Assembly: GCA_040954595.2 (NCBI GenBank)
Contig: CM082590.2
Span: forward strand, 10,566,088 to 10,630,087
Length of the DNA stretch: 64,000 nt
Direction of reading: 5' to 3'
DNA from: Balanoglossus misakiensis
Lineage: Eukaryota > Animalia > Hemichordata
The notes below the pieces were generated by a model. It was not told the origin of the DNA. It saw only the letters and a list, made by a program, of their open reading frames with translations, and ran no database searches. Both the position numbers and the translations under genes were made by a program. Below, one piece after another: positions 37,718 through 50,115 of the stretch. Position 1 is the first letter of the stretch. Every line of letters starts with the position of its first letter.

Positions 37718-40086
37718 ATGGACACAAATTGCAGCTTCAACGAAACCTGCAATGGTGATCCACGTACTGACACCAAATTGACCTGGCTAATCCTGTGCTT
37801 CCACATAATCACAGCTGTCCTTTGTGTTGTTCTCAACATCGGGATAATTGGTACAATATCCCTTGAACGGAAACTCTACACAAAGACAAACTTGTTTATG
37901 GGCAGTATGGCAGTGACTGATCTTCTGGTGGGATTAGTGAATATTCCTTTATATGTTCTCTCCAAGTATAACATGTTTGACTGGTTGTATCAATGTGTCT
38001 TGCAGCGTTGTGTAACAGTACTTCTCTCAGTTTCCTCCGTACACCACCTGATTATAATTGCAGTTGATAGATATATTCTAATCATGCATGGACTAAGGTA
38101 AGTTTTCATGTTGGGACTTACGTGGATTTTCGCATTATTGTGGAGGGTTTTGCGTGTGTGTGTGAGCCACAGGGAGCTCTTCCTCCTTGTTTGTAGTTGC
38201 TGGTGGACAGCTAAGCACTCAGTCCTGTAGGCTATCTTTCACTCATGCAGTTAAGCAATGGAAACATTGTTCTGAACATATTTTTTGCATGTTTGTTTTT
38301 TATTTGTTTGTTTGTTGTTGTTGTTTGTCTCTGTATGTGTGTAGTGTGTGTGTATTGATGTACTCATAACTTGTGAGAAAGGACGTCCTCAAGACTCTAC
38401 GCTATTGAATTTGAAACACCCTTTCTATGTGTGGTTGCGTTGATGTTCTCAGATCTTGTGAGGAAGGACGTCCTCAAGACTCTACGCTATTGAATTTGAA
38501 ACACCCTTTCTATGTGTGGTTGCGTTGATGTTCTCAGATCTTGTGAGGAAGGACACACTCAAAGACTCATCTATGCTCATTTAGTTCATTTCTGGATTTT
38601 AAATTCTAGATATCACGATTTGATGACAAACGTGCGCTGTGTCTGCCTGCTGGTTGTCTCCTGGGCCTTGTCATTAGTAATTGGTTTTCTACCCCTTCTC
38701 GGTTGGCGGACGGATGACTCCAAGAACCTGATGCAACCCCTACAGTTTGCTATCTGTGGCTTCGATCTTTTCCTCCCTAAAACGTTTTCTATATTGATGG
38801 GTGGTCACTTTGTAACATCAGGTAAGCTTTTGTGATTCATGGCCAGCCATTCCAAATTTAGCTGTTTTCTCAAAACTAACCATGCACTACATCTAGGTAT
38901 TCACTGCCTTACGAGAAAATAATCTAAAGTCAAGTATAAGAGTTTGAGGCGCATACTACGAAAACAACAGAAACTAAAATGGACAAAATTTTGTAGCTTT
39001 ATAGTTAGATGAAATTGCTGTCTTTTACGATAATCATCAAAAATGTATACCTTACATGCAATTGCGGTAGACTGAATCACAAGATATCACAAGGCAGGGT
39101 TTGGTTAAGGGCAATTTGTAGAGTGTACCCGGTATAATGAAGATCTCAAATTTGTTTTAATCATGCCCATTGGCAAATGCAGAATGACATTAGGGATTTT
39201 AATGAATGACATATGGTATTTGATAAATGACATATTATTTAATGAATGTCGTACAAACTCAGAAATTATTCAAATCATTCCCAGTGGACATACAGAAGTT
39301 GAACAGTGTTAGCAATTTAACGAGCGCATTACAAATTTAAAAGTAAAAATTTTATGTCAATTTACCAAGATATGAGATATACTGTAAAACATGTTATTTT
39401 TGCAAGCAATAAATTTTCGCGAAATACGCGAGAGCCAAAAATAGCGTGAAAATAAAAAGTCGCGTAATTTTTTTTGAAGATAACGATGCAGTGAATGAAA
39501 TAAGAGAACGCGAAAATTAATACTCGTGAAACAGTGGCCTCTATCAATATCGTGAAAATTTCAACTCGCGAAAATAAAGTTTTTTACAGTACTTTTTACA
39601 TCAGTGGTTGTTGAAATCAGTGCAAAGTGAAAAATCATACATGTTCGCAACATCTTAAGCATTTTGAGAGATTTATAATTCCACATGTTGCTTTTTATTT
39701 CAGTTGTTGTGATGCTTGTCTTGTACAGCATTATCTTGCGCCAGGCAGGACTTCAAGCTCGCAAAATTCATCAGACGACAGTATCAACTGTGACGTCACA
39801 AGCAAGAGCCAGTGACTCCAAGATGCCACAGAACGCCAGGGCTGCTAAAGTATTGTTTCTGATCATGGGTTGCTATATGATTTGCATTATACCGTCCTCT
39901 CTACTTTTTGGCATCTCACTCATCAATGGCGAAAACTTGGTCCTGCCTAACTTCGTTCTTCAGATCGCGCCAGTGATGACGTTCGCAAATTCGTTTCTGA
40001 ACCCAATTATTTATGGTTTGGGGAACAAGCAACTCAAAACAGCGATCATGACATGGCTATGCTGGTGTTTCAGTAAGAAGAATTAA
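37718..40086 (+). CDS. Class A (rhodopsin-like) GPCR, adenosine/melanocortin-receptor-like orphan; 3 coding exons
   Basis: Exons 37718-38097, 38610-38821 and 39704-40086. N-terminal sequons NCS and NET; TM2 MAVTDLLVG; TM3 IAVDRY; TM4 SW..SLVIGFLPLLGW; TM7 NSFLNPIIY. Confidence 0.92.
38370..38556. repeat. 85-bp tandem duplication in GPCR intron 1
   Basis: GGAC anchors at 38381, 38466 and 38551; units nearly identical. Confidence 0.9.
39380..39591. mobile_element. 212-bp TA-flanked MITE (second copy)
   Basis: Near-identical to 24645-24856 with the same termini. Confidence 0.9.
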
Positions 40087-40430
40087 AGGGACAAAGTCTC
40101 TCTCTCGCTACGCTTTTTCCATTAATTATGTTTGATACAAGACACCGTTTATATTATCATACATGTATATAGTGAATCAACGTTCAACCACACACACCTT
40201 CCATCTCGCTTGTAGACACAAGAGTGAAAAAACTCGCCAGAATGAATAATCAATCTCTACCGTTTATTCATTTTGGGCAAGTTTTTCCTCTCATATCATA
40301 CAAGTGGGATGGACTTAAGTTGTGTGTGGTTGAACATTTATACACTATATATGTACATGTAACATAACCGGTGTCTTGTATCAAACATAATTTAATGGAA
40401 AAGGGGCAGCAAGAGAGAGACTTTGTCCCT
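40087..40430. mobile_element. ~345-bp foldback MITE, Kolobok/T2-like terminus
   Basis: AGGGACAAAGTCTCTCTCT ... AGAGAGAGACTTTGTCCCT, with arms complementary almost to the centre. TTAA on the left; the right target duplication is not intact. Confidence 0.82.
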
Positions 40431-42240
40431 GAAGCCCTAATATAGCTGCCACTTGTAGCACAATTTTTAAAGCCTGACGATCGTCTTATGATGTGCGTTA
40501 TTTTGTGTATACAAACATTTCCAATTCAAATATTCTGCAAATTTTGCATTCAACACATCCAAATAGTGGATTGTCTTCGCTTCCTTCCATATTTCATGCA
40601 CACCTGTGTACCAAATGCAATTTCTTGTTCTACTCTAAACAGCATGCTCTAAACATTTGGGGCCAAATGTTTTCCTTTTGACAGTGAAACTATTGAAGTA
40701 TTTTATTTTGAAGTGTGATTATAAAACACAGTCAATGACAGAGCTAAGAAAATTTGCATCATGTACGATACATAAAATAAAAATATCAAAATCAGCCAAA
40801 ATGGAACAATTAAGGATTTTGTTTCCAAAAGCCTGATGTAATTGCAAGCAGAATTATGCTTATATGTCAGATGTAACCGTTCATTTACCAGAGAGGCTAT
40901 TATGTTGATAATCGCATTGTCATCTGGCACAAGCCAGGCTATGTAATTTTATACTTTTTTCAGCATTTAATGACTACCTAGTTTGTTCTCTCTAGCTTTG
41001 ACAAATTGTCATGAAGACATCTGTCATCGGTCACATGCTTATAAACGAGAGATAATGTAAATTCACCTCTCCTTGCATGAAAATCATCTTAAAATTTAAA
41101 TTCATAATGGCTGGAAATCTCTGTGGTAACTGAATGGAGAAAAATAAAGGCAATGTTTTTTTTTATGAAAACAAGATGGTGAACACTATGTGTTTTTTTC
41201 TTGAATTTCAAAGAAATTCCTCTCACACTTTAATATATAGCAAATAATTGAAAAAGTTTGGAGGACCATCATTTTGCTGGAAATCTATCCTTGGGGCAAA
41301 TATATACTATCTTAAATTGACTATATTGAAATTACACGAAATGTTTACTTCTTCTTCAGTATGCCTTTTGACATTTGTAAAAAGTTTTGTGTCAACTTGA
41401 TTTTTAGAAATTTCTCTGAGTCAGCCCTATACCTTTCAATATAGTGTGTGGATAATTTTCTTGAGTAACCAGTGAGTTTGTTGAGTCAGTGACTCAAACA
41501 AACATGATGGAAATCTCGCTCACAAGTCACGTGGCATCCCTATAATTGTAATGAGTATGTGCCTAAGGTATCACCAGTGTGTCCTTGTTAAATTATAATT
41601 ACACGGTAATCATATTTCAAATTACATTTCGATTCGATAGACAGGAGGTATTATTATATTGGCAACAGCATTTGGCCTAAACTTACTCTGAAACTTTAGA
41701 CTCATTTATAATGACTGATTTAAAATCATAAAGCAGGTTCACACTGGGTAAAACTAGAAACATTTCAGAGACACTATTTGCCTTTTGTGAACACAGAGAA
41801 TTAATCCTTTGAATCGCTTTGTGTCCACACACACAAAAATCCTCAACTCATACAAAACCTATGCGTTCATAAACAGCCTTTAGACATATGCAAGATACAG
41901 AAAAAAACAGCGAAAAGTTACACTTTATGTCCCTTTCAATGGACCAATCCAAGCTTGACAGTAAGATTATGACAGAAAAAGAAAAAAACAGACTAATTTT
42001 AATCACATTTATAGGTGTCCCAAACTCCCCAAACCTGGGACAACAGTGGACTGGGCTGAAATTCACAGTGTATGAAGAACACATATTAACTTAACATTTT
42101 TTTATAACCCGGGCAAAGAAAGCAAATGTCTCCTTTTTATTATGCTGGTTTTGATGCACATATACACGCCCATGTACATCATAATACTCGCCCATGTACA
42201 TATCATAATACTATATTTGCGGACATTTAGTGCCACGTGG

Positions 42241-42491
42241 GCGGACCTTGGACTGTACCATTCTCTACTGGCGATGGTTAGCATTAGGGTGAGCGTTAGC
42301 ATCTGGGTTAGGGTAGTGACTTTATTCAAATTGACTTTAAAATGACTTAATGTAAAAACCGAACTTGGTTTTATTCACGAAAGTAAATTACTTTAGCCAT
42401 TTCTAAATGCAGTTATAACCCTAACCGTAAAACTAACCCTAATCACAATGCTAACCATCGCCACCAGAGAATAGTACAGTCCAACGTCCGC
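42241..42491. mobile_element. Inverted-repeat element with degenerate TTAGGG/CCCTAA subterminal repeats
   Basis: ~75-bp imperfect inverted arms beginning GCGGAC(C/G)TTGGACTGTAC; the inner part of each arm carries GGTTAG/TTAGGG motifs. Confidence 0.7.
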
Positions 42492-43024
42492 GAGTACTTA
42501 CCATTTTCAGAAATACTATAATAAAATAAACTTACACCCAACTTTATAAAATGTAAAAAGTGACGGGAAAAACAACAGCAAACTGGTATAAAATAAAAAA
42601 TGACAGTGTTGTCACTGATTAATTTCTTTGTGAAATGTGTACATTTCTACCCCAAGGCGTCTGCTATAAATGTCGTCTGCTATTTCGAATGGCAGACGAC
42701 GCGACGCGCAGTTCACCGACAAAAAATGTAACGATGTTTTCTAACTTCTAAGACATTCACTTACCGTTCGGGCCATGGCTTGTAAACTTCTCAAAGATGC
42801 TGGACTTGAAACACACCATATCTGTCCTCCTGAGCTTGTAAATGTCGACGGGCGCGGTCGTGCGTCGCGGAAGATGGACCTCTTGCTCGCCCATTTCTTT
42901 GAAAACCAAGACTATTCTGGTGCCAATGTCATCCCAACAATCAGTTTCAAATGTATATATCGACCAACATACCGTATTTCATTTCAACCGTGTCCATTTC
43001 AACGTTTCCGTCGCAAGGGGCAAA

Positions 43025-43050
43025 TGACCTAATGTGACCTGATGTGACCT
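43025..43050 (-). promoter_or_regulatory. Triple AGGTCA nuclear-receptor element (two overlapping DR4s)
   Basis: TGACCT aatg TGACCT gatg TGACCT, 64-89 bp upstream of the acyl-CoA dehydrogenase ATG. Confidence 0.6.
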
Positions 43051-43113
43051 GAAGTACGTGACTATAACGGACTCATTACCCACAATCCTCTAGTTTGTGT
43101 ACGTTCTTTCAAA

Positions 43114-46100
43114 ATGGCGTCCCCCATTCGCTTGGTCGAGTGTGTCTTGCGGCGTCGACACATTTTGCCCCTGCAAAGGTTGGTTGGGCACCGTTTAACT
43201 CGATCCTCATCATCTTTAGTCGGGCAGCCATACGTGGACATCTCGGACGAAGGCATTTTCAACGAGACCCACGTAGAATTACGGCGTGCCTTGAAAAAGG
43301 TGAGTACACTTGGTGTCAAGTCTATTCCGGACCACGCCCCCTTCCCCCAAAACGTCCAGCTCTACCGTGATATACTTCAGCTGGGTCACAGAAATTGAGG
43401 GACTGTGGCTAGGTCGAGGAGACTTTGGTGTTTTGTTAGGTCACACAGCTTCTGTCTTCTCCGGAATACAGACAAACAGCATGGACATCGTGATTTGTAT
43501 CATGGTGGTAATGATTGAAGGGGGCGTGGTCGCTCGGAATGATTGAAGGTTGTCAGCAAGTCAACGATTGACCCGTAACATGTCAGTCATATAAACAGCT
43601 AGCTGTATAGCTCTATCACCGACCTCCAATGAATTCGGACTCTGTGGACCCATCGATCAAAGTACACTGGTGGCGGACGCCAGGTGGTTGGTGTCAGCAA
43701 TATGGTATCTGGAAGTTCATAATGTGAAAGATAGTCTCTTGTCTATGTCCTGTATGTTACAGTGTTTCATCTAGACGGGGCCCAGGGAGGGTAACATTCA
43801 TCCCCTGTTGATGCGTTGTAAAATAACAACAGCACCCTAAAATGCTAACTGATATCATTGTTTGTTTCAGTTTATTGATAAAGAAATCAGTCCTTTTGTA
43901 GAGGAATGGGAAGCAGCGCAAAGATTTCCTGGTCATCAACTTTTCAAAAAATTAGGTGATGCTGGATTCTTGGGTATAAACAGGCCAACAGGTATGAATG
44001 TATTTTTGTCATTTATGTAACAGAGGCAAGAGGTTTAACCCTTTCACCACCATGGTTCAGTCCAAATCCATTGTTTTCTGCTCTAAAATTGGATCTCTAT
44101 ATAGAGGGATGTGGAAGTGAAAGGGTTAAATTCATTCTGGACCCAACTGCTGTGATGTGAACACACTAAATGAAGTCACCACCACTCTTAAATTTTGAGT
44201 ATTGCCCTTAACAAAAACACTGAATGATATGAGGTTTTTTTACCAACAGAATATGGCGGTATGGGATTGGATTTTTCATATACTATGGCATACTGTGAAG
44301 AACTTGGTAGCATTCGATGTGGTGGCCTGCCTATGTCCATAGGTATGCAATCAGATGTTGCTACCCAAAGTCTTGTCAGGTATGAGAATTTGCATCGTCT
44401 ATTTCTTTACATTGAAATAAAAGCCCCAATAGCTGCCAAATCTTTGCATTATTTTGTGATTTTACTTTCAACCTTTGAACGGTAACTGATAGGTATATAC
44501 AAACATATTGCCCACCTCTGATTGTGGTTGTACATTTAAATATTGAGAAGTTGAATAATAAATGGGTGCCACACCCATTTATGCTGTGTAAATTAATATG
44601 GAATGGGCTCTGTGCGATCTCTGTATATCAGCACACTGTCCATACATACAGCTATGATGGTTTCTCTTATATTACATGTATTTTGTCAGGTTTGGGTCTC
44701 ATGAATTAAAGAAGATGTTTTTGGAGCCGAGCATCAAGGGTGATAAGATTGCATGTCTTGGTGCCAGTGAATCAGGTGGCGGTTCTGATGTAGCGAGTAA
44801 GTGTCTTAAGATTGTTGCTGTTTAGTAGATGTTTTTATTTTACAGAATGGCCTTGTCGATCTTTTCAATGGATGATAATGATGACTTTGCACTACTAAGT
44901 TCTAAATATTGATTCTCTTCCAAGGTATCAAGACGAAAGCTGTGCGAACAGGCGATGATTACATCATCAACGGAAGTAAAATGTGGATCACTAATGGCAT
45001 GCAGGCAGATTGGATGTGTCTTTTGGCAAACACTGGTGATGGCCCACCACATATGAACAAATCAATGTTCTGTGTTCCCATGGATACACAAGGTATTGAA
45101 ATTAAAATTACAACCCTACTCCGTTTCATAGCACCACTGCGAATGCACTGATATGAACAACAATAATAGTTTTAGAGAAAACAGTCAACCAATTTTGAAT
45201 AACATTCTACTTTCATTGACAGGTGTCACAAAGGCCAGGGAAATCAAAAAGCTTGGCATGTACTCCTCAGACACGGCCGAAATCTTCTTTGAAGACGTCA
45301 GGATTCCCAAGAATTATCTGCTTGGAGAAGAAGGGATGGGATTTACATATCTAATGTTGCAGTTCCAATTGGAAAGGATTTTAATGGCAGCTGCAGGTGA
45401 GGTGTGCTACTGCGATGTATACTGTCCAGACCGCGAACACCATCTGAAAACCTGTTTTGTATTTCAAACAACTTAGCACTGCGAGTACAGGTACCAGGAC
45501 CAGTAGTGTTTGGGTTAAAGAATCACTGAATTGTCCCGAGTCTGATGGCTGAGCACTAACAGAAGTCCAGCCATAATGAATAATTCTCGCACTATAATTT
45601 TTATAGTATACAATATTTTTTGTACTTCACAGTGTTGACACCAATTCAAGATATGATATCTGAAACGATCGACTATACCAGACAAAGGAAAGCCTTCGGT
45701 CGACCCATCCTTGATAACCAAGCAGTTCATTATAGGCTAGCCGAACTGGAGACAGAGTTGGAACTGTTGAGATCATTGCTGTACAGAGCCACAGGTAGGG
45801 GGCTGAAAAAAGTAGCATGCATATGAGAACACGCTGTTTTCTCTTTATTTATGTATTTAATACGCATTATATAAAGTAAGGGTAGCTGGAGAAACGATAG
45901 GTGGTATAATCTCTACAACGTTGTTTCATCTCCTGATGAGTGAGTCCAGTGACTCGCGAAACAACGTTGTAGAGATTATACTGCCTTTCATTTCTCCAAC
46001 TACCCTTACTTTATATTCCGCTCTACCTTAGTATCGAGCACTTTGTATTGGACCAGTCGAACCACATACTTCGTATATAATATACTACCTTAATTAGTCT

Positions 46101-46801
46101 AATGTTGCCAATTATGGATGCAATGCGCTTCATGTTTGTTGAGAAAACACTCCACTTCTCTGTTGCAGCCATGTATCTACAGGGCAAAGACGTGACCAAA
46201 TTTGCCTCCATGGCCTAACTGAAGAGCGGACGGCTGGTCAGAGAAACGGCCGATGCCTGTCTACAGTTCTGGGGCGGAATGGGTTACACAGAAGACGTCT
46301 TGGTCAGTAGATACTACAGAGATTTCAGGTAAGGATATTAATAAGCATAACGATCGTGTCTTCTCTGTTTTTGCCGGCAATATCTCTGAGCTGAATCATG
46401 ATGAAATGCCCAGCATTAAGCTTATCAACACAACCTATATGTGTAGAGTCAGCATTGTTATTGTGCAATATTTGAATTCAAGTCCGGACTAGAATTCATT
46501 TGTCAACAATAACAATGGCTGTTACAAATATACAGACTGTTGACAAGCTGAGTACTGGGTATATTAGCTTTCTGTTTGGAGTAGAACAAGGAACTGCATT
46601 AGGCACATAGAACAAAAATGATAAAAATAAAGCCAAAAGATAGAGCTAATCGAGCTTTAATATCCTTCTGTGGATTGAACGCAAAAATATTACATTTTTG
46701 ACAGGTTAACGTCAATCGGAGGTGGGGCAGATGAAGTGATGTTAACAATAATTGCCAAATACATGGGAGCGCTGCCCTCTCTGGAGAAAACTAAAAAGTA
46801 A
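43114..46801 (+). CDS. Mitochondrial acyl-CoA dehydrogenase (LCAD/acdh-6-like), 9 exons, with an in-frame TAA in exon 8 (null allele, young pseudogene or base-call error)
   Basis: Exons start at about 43114, 43871, 44250, 44690, 44925, 45223, 45633, 46169 and 46705. Motifs EYGG.G, CLGASESGGGSD, INGSKMWITNG, KLG..SSDTAEIFFEDV, FQLERI, R.AFGRPI..NQ, CLQFWGGMGY, IGGGADEVM. TAA at 46216-46218 interrupts SMA*LKSG. Confidence 0.9.
45869..46016 (+). mobile_element. Penelope-like retroelement remnant with inverted partial repeat
   Basis: 59-bp inverted arms (45869-45927 and 45958-46016, 5 mismatches) around a hammerhead core. The 3' flank is homologous to 37292-37345. Confidence 0.78.
45928..45976 (+). 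ncRNA. Minimal type I hammerhead ribozyme in acyl-CoA dehydrogenase intron 7 (sense)
   Basis: ATCTC-CTGATGA-GTGAGTC(CAGT)GACTCGC-GAAA-CAACGTTG-TA-GAGAT. Helix III is the perfect palindrome ACAACGTTGT. Predicted cleavage after A45971. Confidence 0.9.
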
Positions 46802-47422
46802 CCATGGCGATAACTCTGGACCCCTGCTTGGATTTGAGAGCTCATCTGTTTGTTGGGTCTTTCATCACAGATTAAGTTTTCTTATCCAATCAGCAAACTT
46901 ATTTTGGTCTACTGCCGTCCAGCAATTGGTTGGTTCAGTATTCTTGATGAAACCTGATCTGTTATTTGGACAGGGTGTTTTCAAATGCAGCTGACTTTAA
47001 ACATACATGTATTACGTTATTTACAAATAGAAAGAGAGGGGTGTTTTGAAAATGATCAGAACTATTTCTCTATGCATATCAGTATAATAAAATTGGTAAG
47101 ACGCACTGAAGTGTGTCTGTGTCTCTGTATGTCTGTTTGATAATAGTGAATATCAAGTGATTTTTACTTTCAAGTCCAAAGTATGAAATTAAATATGAGC
47201 ATAATGAATGTAAAAAAACAGCTGTTGGGTTGTAAGTTGTTTTTATTATGTTGCTAGGCTACAATAAATTTGTTGCTAAGTAGAAATTGTTGTTTCCATG
47301 GCTGTATAAGAATCGGCTTTAACAATTATTGAAAATTCACCAGAATACTGATTGACATCAGGCTGTCGTTTGTAACACATTGTTGCTTTCCTATGTAATT
47401 TGTAATGCATGAATTACGCGGG

Positions 47423-49403
<1,981 letters not shown>

Positions 49404-50115
49404 TCTCGTACTTCCAAGCACACACAACTGATACTGATTCAATTTTAGAAATGGTCGATTCAGAGAAAGATGTAACACATGGTGGGTGACACATATGCTG
49501 CATCCAGATTAAAGCAAATGTGTTGCTGGTTTTAATAATCCTTTATTAATATTTTGAACCCTTCATTGTTACAATTTAGAATTTGTTTTCAGTGTAGCAT
49601 GAGCCTCAGTTACTGGAAAGTTTGTCATGTTAATTAAATCAGTGTTATAGATAGACTAAGATAATATTTTATTATAGTGACACAGTTTCATGATACAGAA
49701 ATTATAAATTAATATTTCCAATAGACATGAAACCCTAGCCGTTGTATTGTTGCTTCAACAGTGGTTGGATTCTTCTGGCATTTCTTTGATTTCATGATGA
49801 AATCTGACATTTCTCAGGAAATCATAACAGTATCTAACATGGTAATAAAAGTTAAGGGAATAAAAGTTCAGTGTAAATTAAGTAACCAGCCATTCACCAG
49901 AAGAAGCATCTCTATATACACATCTCCACCACTATAGGTATATATTCCAACTTCCTGCAAACCTTTTACAAGAAGCATATTATAAATATCAAACTACAAT
50001 TTAAGACAATTTATATTCAATTGAATATCGTGTCTGTTTCCAAAATGATGCTTATTGAAGGTGTTCACTATATATTAACCTTCAAGCACATGTTTGAGAC
50101 TTGTTAACTTTTAAC

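Noticed and set aside
40606-40650. Minus-strand VEQEIAF match suggesting a fourth fucosyltransferase fragment
   Set aside because: The same DNA recurs at ~12918 and ~46580 as part of a dispersed repeat, and flanks do not continue the protein.
42277-42445. Telomere-telomere fusion scar
   Set aside because: Only a few degenerate hexamers, embedded in longer non-telomeric inverted arms typical of a mobile element.
42765-42776. Minus-strand ATG GCC CGA ACG (MART) as a histone H3 start
   Set aside because: No KQTARKS-encoding exon found downstream; a four-residue match is uninformative.
46216-46221. Programmed readthrough or selenocysteine at the acyl-CoA dehydrogenase stop
   Set aside because: The codon is TAA rather than TGA, it replaces a conserved Lys by one substitution, and TAA is an ordinary stop in neighbouring genes.
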